Origin: a virus
Direction: 5' to 3' (one strand)
IMG/VR virus record: IMGVR_UViG_3300034200_001185
Coordinates: 69,534-133,533 of that record
Length of the DNA stretch: 64,000 nt
The notes under the pieces were generated by a model. The model saw only the letters and a list, made by a program, of their open reading frames with translations, searched no databases and had not been told where the DNA came from. Shown piece after piece: positions 57,009 through 64,000 of this stretch (positions are counted from its first letter, which is position 1; every line of letters begins with the position of its first letter). A program made the translations under genes and the position numbers.

Positions 57009-57690
57009 AACCGCTGAGAGTTTAGACGCTATCGGCAAAGCAATTCAAACGGGTACTCAAGAAGAAGTTCAAAACGCAATCAAGGCTTACCAAAAGAATA
57101 CCGGAAAACCTATAAGCGGTGCAGATCTCGCTAAGCTGACACCAAATAATACAAACGTAGATAAGCTAACTTTCGGACAGAATGTAAAAGCGCTTGGCAG
57201 TCAAGCTAAATGGTCGCATGCTAATCCTATGACGTGGATGAAAGAAGGTTGGAAGGAAATGGGTGCGCAAGGTGGCGAAGGCCTTGCCGGCGGTGCTGGT
57301 ACTAAGATGAGACATATTCCGCTTGGTGCCAGACTTGGTACCGCTGCTATGTTAATTCCATCACTCGCACAAGCACCTCAAGCCGAAGATCCAACCGGTC
57401 AAGGTAGAAGTCGTACTGAACGCGTTGGCGTTGTTGCGGGCGGTTTAGCTGGTAGCTTAGCTGGTACTATTCCTATGGCAGTAACAAAGCGTTTGACAGG
57501 TGTGGGCGGTATGGCTATACCAATGCTCGCAGGTTATGGCGGTATGGTTGCCGGTGAATACTTAGGCGGTAAAGCGGGTAAACTAGTCGATGCCGGAGTA
57601 TCTAAGTCAAGAGGGGTAGCGTCAGGAGATGCGACAAATCAACGCTACATGGATTCAAAACGACAAAAACCAACAGCAGGAGCGTTCTAA
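57001..57690 (+). CDS. Gly/Ala-rich hydrophobic protein, probable virion internal/ejection protein
   Basis: MYKTAES... (ORF-track start 56986); C-terminal GxxxG-rich hydrophobic segments. Confidence 0.6.
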   Translation: MYKTAESLDAIGKAIQTGTQEEVQNAIKAYQKNTGKPISGADLAKLTPNNTNVDKLTFGQNVKALGSQAKWSHANPMTWMKEGWKEMGAQGGEGLAGGAGTKMRHIPLGARLGTAAMLIPSLAQAPQAEDPTGQGRSRTERVGVVAGGLAGSLAGTIPMAVTKRLTGVGGMAIPMLAGYGGMVAGEYLGGKAGKLVDAGVSKSRGVASGDATNQRYMDSKRQKPTAGAF

Positions 57691-57693
57691 TAA

Positions 57694-59757
57694 ATGAGTA
57701 GACCACCAGGCTATGGAGGTAGGGGTACGATTATGCACGCCGCTGCGGGAGCAGAAGGTCGTGCAACAACCGCACCTAAATACCCACACCCATTCTTTGA
57801 TCAGGGGCAAGCGTACCTACCTACATCGTACAAGAACATGTTTCATTGGTGTAGGTACTACTTCTTAACAAACCCAGCTGTAAACTCGTCTGTTTCTAAA
57901 ATGGCCGAGTACCCAATTACTCCGATTGTATTTAAAACGGAGAATCAAGCATTACGTACTAAATACGAAGAGATTACAAAGATATTAAACCTTAAATCAT
58001 TTCGTATTGAAGTCGGACTAGATTATTATACTTATGGAAATTGCTACGTAAGTATTATATTCCCATTTCGTAAATTCTTAATATGCCGTAATTGTAAACA
58101 TCATCACGATATTAAAGACGTGAAGACTACTAAGTACCGTTGGGTATCTATGCAGTACCAACTCGAATGCGCTAAATGCGGACATCACGGATTCTGTGAC
58201 GTAAAGGATCAAAGCATTAAATCGCTAAAAGGTATACGTTTAGTTAGATGGGATCCCGAAAGAGTTGACGTAAAGTACGATGATTTTACAGGCATAAGTG
58301 AATATTTCTACGATATTCCGCAAGAGACATCCAATGAAATACGTATGGGCAAACGAAGATACTTAGAAGATATGCCCGATGTATTTGTAAAGTCGGTACA
58401 AAGGGCAAGACGCTTAGTACTAAGTCAAGACAACTTGTACCACTTTCGTAGACCAACACTCGCTCAAAAGAGTATGGGCTACGGAACACCGCTTGTTCTT
58501 CCCGTTCTTAAAGATTTACATTACCTCGGTATTCTACGTAGATCACAAGAATCAATTGCGCAAGAACATATTGTGCCAATGCGTATTATCTTTCCTAGTT
58601 CTAACAGTCCTAACGCTGATCCTTATTCTATGCTTAATTTGATGGAATGGAAGAACGAGGTGGAGAAACAAATATCGCAATGGAAGATCGATCCTAATCG
58701 TATTCCAATCATGCCATTACCTCTCGGCGTACAACAAATCGGCGGTGAGGGTAGAGCGCTTATTCTTCACCAAGAGTATCGCGTTTGGATGGAACATATT
58801 ATTGCGGGTATGGGCGTACCACCAGAGTTTGTATTTGGGGGCGTTCAGTACAGCGGTACAAATCTTACTATGTTCCAACTTCATAATAAGTTCTTATCGT
58901 ATATCGACGATCAGAGAGAGCTTGTATTCGATTTCATTCTAAATAGAGTTGCGTCTTATATGAATTACCCAACCATTGACGGTGACTTTAGACCGTTTAA
59001 GATGGCGGATGATTTACAACGTACCATGCTCTACTTCCAACTCGTACAAGGTCAAAAGCTTGCAGATCGTACTTTACTTGAAGATCTCGGATTTGATCCG
59101 GCTCTTGAACGTAGAAAGATGGACGAAGAGCGTGGCGAGATGCTTGAATTACAACGAAGAATGCAGATACAACAAGCGCATATTCAAGGCGATGTTATGG
59201 CTGTTAACGCTAAGTACCAAGCAGAATCACAACGTTCTCAAGTACAAGGTCAATTCGAAGTTCAAAAGCTACAAGCGCAATTACAAGAACAAATGCAGCA
59301 AGAGCAGACAGCGAAAGAGCAAGCTAAACAAGCGCCACAGATTACCGGGTCACTTGCGTCCAACGGTGCATTACCAGACGGCGCAATGACAGGTGATCAA
59401 GTAGCGCCTGGTTTCCCACAAGGAGCGACAGCGTACTCTAGAAACGGAAGTTCTACACCTCAAACCGGTATTCCACCTTGGTTTGGCGTAGAGAGAACTG
59501 GGGCTAATAAAAACGGTGCACAGATGGATATCTCGTATGTCGCAAAGAGAGCAGCCGCATATATACGCGGTTTACCTTCAGATAGACAAAACGAAGTATT
59601 AAATACTATGTCCGTTTCAAATCCACAGTTGCATCAAATGGTTTTAAACATGCTTGATTCGAGATCTGGTGCTCAGACCAATCCTGTAAATCCGGCACAA
59701 ATGCCTATGCCTCAGATGCGTCCGCCAAGACGAGATGCTCGCTTGATCAGCCAATAG
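57694..59757 (+). CDS. portal protein with a Zn-ribbon insertion and a long Q/P-rich C-terminus
   Basis: CRYYFLTNPAVNSSVSKMAEYPIT; LYHFRRP...GYGTPLVLPVLKDLHYLGILRRSQESIAQEHIVP; portal-like architecture. Confidence 0.75.
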   Translation: MSRPPGYGGRGTIMHAAAGAEGRATTAPKYPHPFFDQGQAYLPTSYKNMFHWCRYYFLTNPAVNSSVSKMAEYPITPIVFKTENQALRTKYEEITKILNLKSFRIEVGLDYYTYGNCYVSIIFPFRKFLICRNCKHHHDIKDVKTTKYRWVSMQYQLECAKCGHHGFCDVKDQSIKSLKGIRLVRWDPERVDVKYDDFTGISEYFYDIPQETSNEIRMGKRRYLEDMPDVFVKSVQRARRLVLSQDNLYHFRRPTLAQKSMGYGTPLVLPVLKDLHYLGILRRSQESIAQEHIVPMRIIFPSSNSPNADPYSMLNLMEWKNEVEKQISQWKIDPNRIPIMPLPLGVQQIGGEGRALILHQEYRVWMEHIIAGMGVPPEFVFGGVQYSGTNLTMFQLHNKFLSYIDDQRELVFDFILNRVASYMNYPTIDGDFRPFKMADDLQRTMLYFQLVQGQKLADRTLLEDLGFDPALERRKMDEERGEMLELQRRMQIQQAHIQGDVMAVNAKYQAESQRSQVQGQFEVQKLQAQLQEQMQQEQTAKEQAKQAPQITGSLASNGALPDGAMTGDQVAPGFPQGATAYSRNGSSTPQTGIPPWFGVERTGANKNGAQMDISYVAKRAAAYIRGLPSDRQNEVLNTMSVSNPQLHQMVLNMLDSRSGAQTNPVNPAQMPMPQMRPPRRDARLISQ

Positions 59758-60193
59758 CGCTTGATTGTTTAATTATAAAGTCCAAGCATAATTCGTATTC
59801 ATTCCTAAATTCCGTATCAGCACCGAAATCCTCATACGCACAGTCAGGGCAGAAATACAAATCAGGTATTAGCGATGTGTTTTCAACCTCTTCGAAGTGA
59901 AGTGCCTTTTTGTCATACACAAATTCTCCCCTTGTCGTACGAACAATCAAGTCCTTTCCATCGTCTAGGAAATCAAGTCCACACCTACCGCATTTATTAG
60001 GCTCCTTTTGGAAGCGATACTTTAGGTTGTGTATCACCGGAGTGATACAAGCGCTATGCATATAGAAGGACGAGCTGAGTATATCAAATACTAAGTGGCC
60101 ACCGCGTGCATGCCTAATTGTACGTCCAATTTGAATGCGATATACTGGCTTACCTTCGTCGAATCCGTCGTTACAGCAAATACATGTTGTCAT
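59747..60193 (-). CDS. double zinc-finger (LIM/treble-clef-like) protein, paralog A
   Basis: CICC...HSAC...CGRC...CPDC; GGAG RBS. Confidence 0.75.
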   Translation of the reverse strand: MTTCICCNDGFDEGKPVYRIQIGRTIRHARGGHLVFDILSSSFYMHSACITPVIHNLKYRFQKEPNKCGRCGLDFLDDGKDLIVRTTRGEFVYDKKALHFEEVENTSLIPDLYFCPDCAYEDFGADTEFRNEYELCLDFIIKQSSAIG

Positions 60194-60205
60194 GATTAAA
60201 TCTCC

Positions 60206-60234
60206 AAGCGTAAGTATCCTTACGCTTATTTTTT
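60206..60234 (+). terminator. intrinsic terminator-like hairpin
   Basis: AAGCGTAAG-TATC-CTTACGCTT, a 9-bp perfect stem followed by ATTTTTT on the + strand; could stop read-through from the portal operon. Confidence 0.55.
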
Positions 60235-60711
60235 GTTAGATATTTCTTCGTCTATTTTCATTACCCAAGTGTCGATTATATCTGACTCAACGAAACCGTC
60301 ATTAGCACAGATTGGACACAAGTAGTAATCATACTTTGTAGTGTCTTCGGTAAATCTTATGTCAAGTTCTTCAGCGTTTCCTTCAACATCACCGCTTATT
60401 AACCGAAGGCAATAAGGTATCGAGCTGTTTGGCGCAATAGATTCGAGGCAAATCGAGCACCGAAGAGGCTCTTTTTGTATTTCGATCTTTCTGTTCTTAA
60501 GCAATAGCTCGAAACAGAAATCGTGTATGTACATATTACCTTCCGTGCAGTCGAATATGGCGTGTCCGCCGGGCTTGTGGATGATAGTTTTTCCGAGTTC
60601 AACGGAGTAAACATCTTCTCCGGCTTCTATTCCATCCATACAGGATTCGCAGTATGTTGCAAATACTACTAATTCTTCGTCTTCTGAATCGTTTGGCTTT
60701 TTAGGACTCAT
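60226..60711 (-). CDS. double zinc-finger (LIM/treble-clef-like) protein, paralog B
   Basis: CESC...HDFC...CSIC...CPIC; start MSPKK with GAAAGGA RBS. Confidence 0.75.
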   Translation of the reverse strand: MSPKKPNDSEDEELVVFATYCESCMDGIEAGEDVYSVELGKTIIHKPGGHAIFDCTEGNMYIHDFCFELLLKNRKIEIQKEPLRCSICLESIAPNSSIPYCLRLISGDVEGNAEELDIRFTEDTTKYDYYLCPICANDGFVESDIIDTWVMKIDEEISNKK

Positions 60712-60997
60712 GTTGTTTCCTTTCAACGAGTGCTCTTGCTACTGATTGTCTTTTACACGCATCACAATTACCGCTTGAATGAAACGGCAGTATCTCATAC
60801 TCATCTCGATTATGATCAACACATGCAATACATAACCATTTCGCGTCATCTACGTATTCGTATAAGTGCTTGCAATCGCTACATTTAATTACGCTACAAA
60901 ACTTTTGTGGGTGTACACTACAATACTCGTTTGGCTTTTGCTCACCTGTGTTAACTTCTGTGTTTACGTTGAAGTGCTTTGCGTCTGTCCGCTTCAT
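60701..60997 (-). CDS. Cys-rich hypothetical protein
   Basis: 98 aa; CSDC, CIAC, CDAC. Confidence 0.65.
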   Translation of the reverse strand: MKRTDAKHFNVNTEVNTGEQKPNEYCSVHPQKFCSVIKCSDCKHLYEYVDDAKWLCIACVDHNRDEYEILPFHSSGNCDACKRQSVARALVERKQHES

Positions 60998-61106
60998 TGC
61001 TTTGAATCTCCGCTTTCTTAGCTTCGCTATTTAATTCCCAAGTCAGCCAACCTACGAATCCGAGTATTGCTGACCATAAGAATAGTTTTTTTTGACGACT
61101 GTCCAT
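60951..61106 (-). CDS. small single-pass membrane protein (51 aa, not in ORF track)
   Basis: MDSRQKKLFLWSAILGFVGWLTWELNSEAKK...RKHRS*, translated by hand; GAAAGGA RBS; motif promoter upstream. Confidence 0.65.
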   Translation of the reverse strand: MDSRQKKLFLWSAILGFVGWLTWELNSEAKKAEIQSNEADRRKALQRKHRS

Positions 61107-61128
61107 GTTAAATCCTTTCGTCTGTCGC

Positions 61129-61161
61129 TATGTATTTATCACACTTTATTTTTAAAATTGC
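61129..61161 (-). promoter_or_regulatory. phage promoter motif site 4 (GCAA-N15-GTGATAA-ATA-CATA)
   Basis: 23 nt upstream of ATG 61106. Confidence 0.65.
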
Positions 61162-61182
61162 GCACCCCATAGAATTTAAGCT

Positions 61183-61271
61183 AAAAAAACCTTACGGAGA
61201 AGGATGGAAGAAATTCGGCTATTGGGGTTTTAGAACCACCGGTCGCCGAATTTCTTCCATCCTTCCCCATA
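61183..61271 (-). terminator. long inverted repeat followed by a U7 tract (terminator-like) on the minus strand
   Basis: Perfect 21-bp arms 61199-61219 / 61245-61265, extending with two mismatches to 61193/61271; A7 at 61183-61189. Confidence 0.6.
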
Positions 61272-61307
61272 GTCGTAGTCGGGGTCGTTTGTGTATATAT
61301 ACCGCAT
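61230..61307 (-). CDS. 25-aa aromatic-rich peptide (MRYIYTNDPDYDYGEGWKKFGDRWF)
   Basis: Perfect AGGAGG (61315-61320) 7 nt upstream of ATG; lies in the unit between promoter site 5 and the hairpin. Confidence 0.5.
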   Translation of the reverse strand: MRYIYTNDPDYDYGEGWKKFGDRWF

Positions 61308-61382
61308 GGCATATCCTCCTACACATCAAGTAACCTTACCGAAGAGAAAAGTAAGGTTGGTTTGAGTTAGTTGTTTCTCTTC

Positions 61383-61416
61383 TATATTCTTATCACGCAA
61401 TTTGTGGTAGACTTGC
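61383..61416 (-). promoter_or_regulatory. phage promoter motif site 5 (GCAA-N16-GTGATAA-GAA-TATA)
   Basis: Full consensus; back-to-back with the RNAP beta start. Confidence 0.65.
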
Positions 61417-61437
61417 TATCAGCCGAAAGGGGACTGT

Positions 61438-64000
61438 ATGTTAGAGAAGTTCGATTTTAATAAAACGCAAAATGAGTTGCGAATGAAGGTAGTACAGATT
61501 ATTACCGATTTACTTAATAACCTAGAAAGCTCGCATAGAATACTAAAGATTGAATCGATTAGTTTTTCGCAGAGTAGCGTAGGCCCAACAGACTTTGCCA
61601 AGCAAAGAGACTTACGAGACAAGGGCGGTAGCTTAGAAGAAAAGATTACGGCTAAGTTGACGCTTATTGATAAAGCGACAGGTAAGGTAATTGCGACTCA
61701 ATCGAATACACAAATAGGACACATACCCGTTCTTACATCTCGTTTGTCTTACTTAGTACAAGGACGAGAATATTCTATTCCATCCCAATTCAGACGTTTA
61801 TCAGGTGTGTATACAAAAATAGCGGATAATGGTGAAATACAAGCAATCGCAGCAAACGATAGACGTGGGCAAATACCATTACGATTTGATCCTGATAAGC
61901 GTATTATTTACATACAACCAAAACTTGGATCATCATCAGAAATAGATTTATATACTTTATTACACGGTGCTGGAAAAACAGACGATCAAATTGCGCAAGT
62001 TTGGGGTAAGGGATTAGTCGAGTCGGCTAAATCGCAAACTAACGCAGCAAGAATGCAACGTAATTTAATTTCTAAGGCGCAAATGATTGTCGGTAAGGAC
62101 GTTAAGATTCCAGACGATAAAACAGCCGCTCAGTTGATATTCCAAGAACTTGCAAACCACACACTTGATCCACGTATTACAATGGACGTTTTAGGTAAGG
62201 CGCATACTACACTTACTCCAGATGCATTACTAGATACCGGTAAAGTGCTCGTACAAGTCGCTAAAAGAGAGATACCAGAATCGTCTTATAACAATTTGGG
62301 TTATAAGCGATTTTTAGATTTACCAGACATTCTCGAAGACTACTTACAAAGAAAGAAACGAGATATACAACAGAAGGTTAAAAATCGTATGACTAAGGAC
62401 AGAACAAATCCAGCAGATGTTCTTAGCGGTGTACTTGATCAATACATTCGAGGTTTCTTTCGTAAGGGTGGCGAAACACAGTTAAGCTCCGAAGGTAATC
62501 AAACAAATCCAATTGCGTTCTTATCAGACTTTACATCTACAACCGTACTTGGTATGGGCGGTATTAGCACAGGACCGGGTATGCAGCTTGGAAGCGCCGT
62601 ACAAGTACACTCGTCTCACCTATCATTCCTTGATCCGATTGACACAGGCGAAGGCGAGAATATAGGTTTAGCCTTGCAACAAACAATCGGTACACAAAAG
62701 AAGGGCGATCAAATTGCGAGTACTCTTTACAATATGAAAACCGGTAAAGTAGAACTCGTAGATCCTTTAACCGCAGATAAATCGATTGTAGCATTCGCAG
62801 ATGACATTAAGTTTCAAAACGGAAAACCTTATGCGCTTAAACCAAAAGTAAGCGTTAGACGTGGAGACGGTAAAGTAGATTTAGTAGCACTTAAAGACGT
62901 TCAGTATATCATGCTTAATTCTAAGCAAATGTTCGGCGTAGCTACAAATACAATTCCGTTCTTAAATAACAACAACGGTAATCGTAATATGATGGGTGCG
63001 AAGATGGCTACTCAAGCCATTCCGCTATCAAATCGAGAAGAACCGCTTGTTCAAATTAAACTTGAGAAATCAGGCGATACAGTCGAAAAGGCTCTCGGAG
63101 ATATATCAAGCCTTTTAGCAAAGGTAGACGGTAAGGTAATTAAAGTAAGCGAAACAGAAATCGTTGTACAAAGTGGTACATCAAAAGTATCACACGAGAT
63201 GTATAACAACTTTCAAACAAATGCAGTAGGCGGTATTATGCACCACGAGCCTGTGGTAGCAGTAGGCGATATGGTTAAGAAGGGTCAGCTACTCGCAGAC
63301 TCTAACTTTACAAAGAACGGTACTCATGCGATGGGATCCAATCTTCGTGTAGGTTATATGCCATATCGAGGACTAAATTACGAAGACGGCGTTGTTATCT
63401 CTCGTTCCGCAGCAAATAAGCTAACAAGTCATCACTTGTATATTATGGAGAGAGATACAACCGTTCCGCTTGGTACTAAATTAGACGCACGTGGTATGAA
63501 AGACCTAGACGAAAATTCTATTGTAGTTAGTAAGACTCTATTCGAATCTTGGGCACCACAATCAGCACGTATTAATCAAAGCGGACTTACTCTACTTGAT
63601 GATGATGGCGTTGCAAAGGTCGGATCTAAAATACAATCCGGCGACATATTAATCGCAGCAGTTAAGAAAGCAGCATACGATCCAACACTTAAAGTGCTTA
63701 CCAAGAATACTACCTTCGGTGCAGAGTGGAAACCCGCAGAAGTTCGTTGGGAAAAGGATCCACCAGGTACCGTTGTTCGCGTTGTAAAGCACGGTAAGAA
63801 AATAAGCGTAATGGTACGAACAGAAGAGCCTATGACAATCGGCGACAAGCTAGTTGGTAGGTATGGTAATAAAGGTATTATTACTCGTATCTTGGAAGAT
63901 AACGAAATGCCATTTTATACCGATAAGAAGGGCGAACGTCAACATCTTGAAGTTGCGTTACATCCTATTGGGTTTATTGGTCGTACTAATCCCGGACAAC
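61438..64000 (+). CDS. rpoB: phage-encoded multisubunit DNA-directed RNA polymerase beta subunit (partial, runs off the window)
   Basis: Segments translated by hand, all in frame +1: GHIPVLT...LVQGREYSIPSQFRRLSGVY; VHSSHLSFLDPIDTGEGENIGL; IPFLNNNNGNRNMMGAKMATQAIPL; GSNLRVGYMPYRGLNYEDGVVIS; GDKLVGRYGNKGIITRI...HPIGFIGRTNPGQ. Confidence 0.95.
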   Translation, partial: MLEKFDFNKTQNELRMKVVQIITDLLNNLESSHRILKIESISFSQSSVGPTDFAKQRDLRDKGGSLEEKITAKLTLIDKATGKVIATQSNTQIGHIPVLTSRLSYLVQGREYSIPSQFRRLSGVYTKIADNGEIQAIAANDRRGQIPLRFDPDKRIIYIQPKLGSSSEIDLYTLLHGAGKTDDQIAQVWGKGLVESAKSQTNAARMQRNLISKAQMIVGKDVKIPDDKTAAQLIFQELANHTLDPRITMDVLGKAHTTLTPDALLDTGKVLVQVAKREIPESSYNNLGYKRFLDLPDILEDYLQRKKRDIQQKVKNRMTKDRTNPADVLSGVLDQYIRGFFRKGGETQLSSEGNQTNPIAFLSDFTSTTVLGMGGISTGPGMQLGSAVQVHSSHLSFLDPIDTGEGENIGLALQQTIGTQKKGDQIASTLYNMKTGKVELVDPLTADKSIVAFADDIKFQNGKPYALKPKVSVRRGDGKVDLVALKDVQYIMLNSKQMFGVATNTIPFLNNNNGNRNMMGAKMATQAIPLSNREEPLVQIKLEKSGDTVEKALGDISSLLAKVDGKVIKVSETEIVVQSGTSKVSHEMYNNFQTNAVGGIMHHEPVVAVGDMVKKGQLLADSNFTKNGTHAMGSNLRVGYMPYRGLNYEDGVVISRSAANKLTSHHLYIMERDTTVPLGTKLDARGMKDLDENSIVVSKTLFESWAPQSARINQSGLTLLDDDGVAKVGSKIQSGDILIAAVKKAAYDPTLKVLTKNTTFGAEWKPAEVRWEKDPPGTVVRVVKHGKKISVMVRTEEPMTIGDKLVGRYGNKGIITRILEDNEMPFYTDKKGERQHLEVALHPIGFIGRTNPGQ

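Noticed and set aside
61130-61333. Plus-strand 67-aa ORF across the hairpin region as a gene
   Set aside because: No RBS, and its start lies inside promoter site 4; kept only as part of the dual-strand peptide observation
1-64000. Alternative genetic code (stop-codon reassignment)
   Set aside because: Standard code 11 gives dense, long, motif-complete ORFs, with TAA, TGA and TAG all used as coupled stops
45670-64000. Inteins or introns in PolA, DnaB or RNAP beta
   Set aside because: Conserved motifs follow in order in one frame, and I saw no intein splice-junction or homing-endonuclease signatures in the parts translated

Overview
This 64-kb window is from a large, AT-rich tailed bacteriophage, most likely a jumbo myovirus. 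It reads in standard code 11, is densely coding, and I saw no tRNA, rRNA or CRISPR array. All protein calls rest on recalled family motifs, not database searches. Layout: (1) 1-4.4 kb (+): probable tail-assembly-chaperone frameshift pair, a GroES-like co-chaperonin, an RHH protein and small hypotheticals. (2) 4.9-41.4 kb (+): contractile-tail/baseplate module with tape measure, hub, gp25-like, giant baseplate-J, gp9/10-like and fibre genes. A sigma70-family sigma factor sits inside it, as does an inverted 4-gene beta-sandwich cassette (27.7-29.7 kb). (3) 41.4-55.2 kb (-): replication/recombination block with RusA, Cas4-like nuclease, family-A DNA polymerase, gp32-like SSB, primase, DnaB, UDG-like protein and SF2 helicase. 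(4) 55.3-59.8 kb (+): head genes and portal. (5) 59.7-61.4 kb (-): Zn-finger paralogs, a small membrane protein and a highly structured ~200-nt unit. (6) 61.4 kb to the end (+): a phage multisubunit RNA polymerase beta subunit, truncated by the window edge and absent from the ORF track. The most interesting signal is an apparently self-contained transcription system. It combines the phage RNAP beta, a FliA/sigma28-like sigma encoded among virion genes with a K-x-A-S motif shared with head proteins, and a bipartite motif (G/T)CAA-N15-18-GTGATAA-N3-YATA with sigma28-like spacing. That motif sits upstream of minus-strand non-structural genes at five strong sites and one degenerate site. That these parts work together, and that sigma/RNAP are packaged in the virion, is inference.
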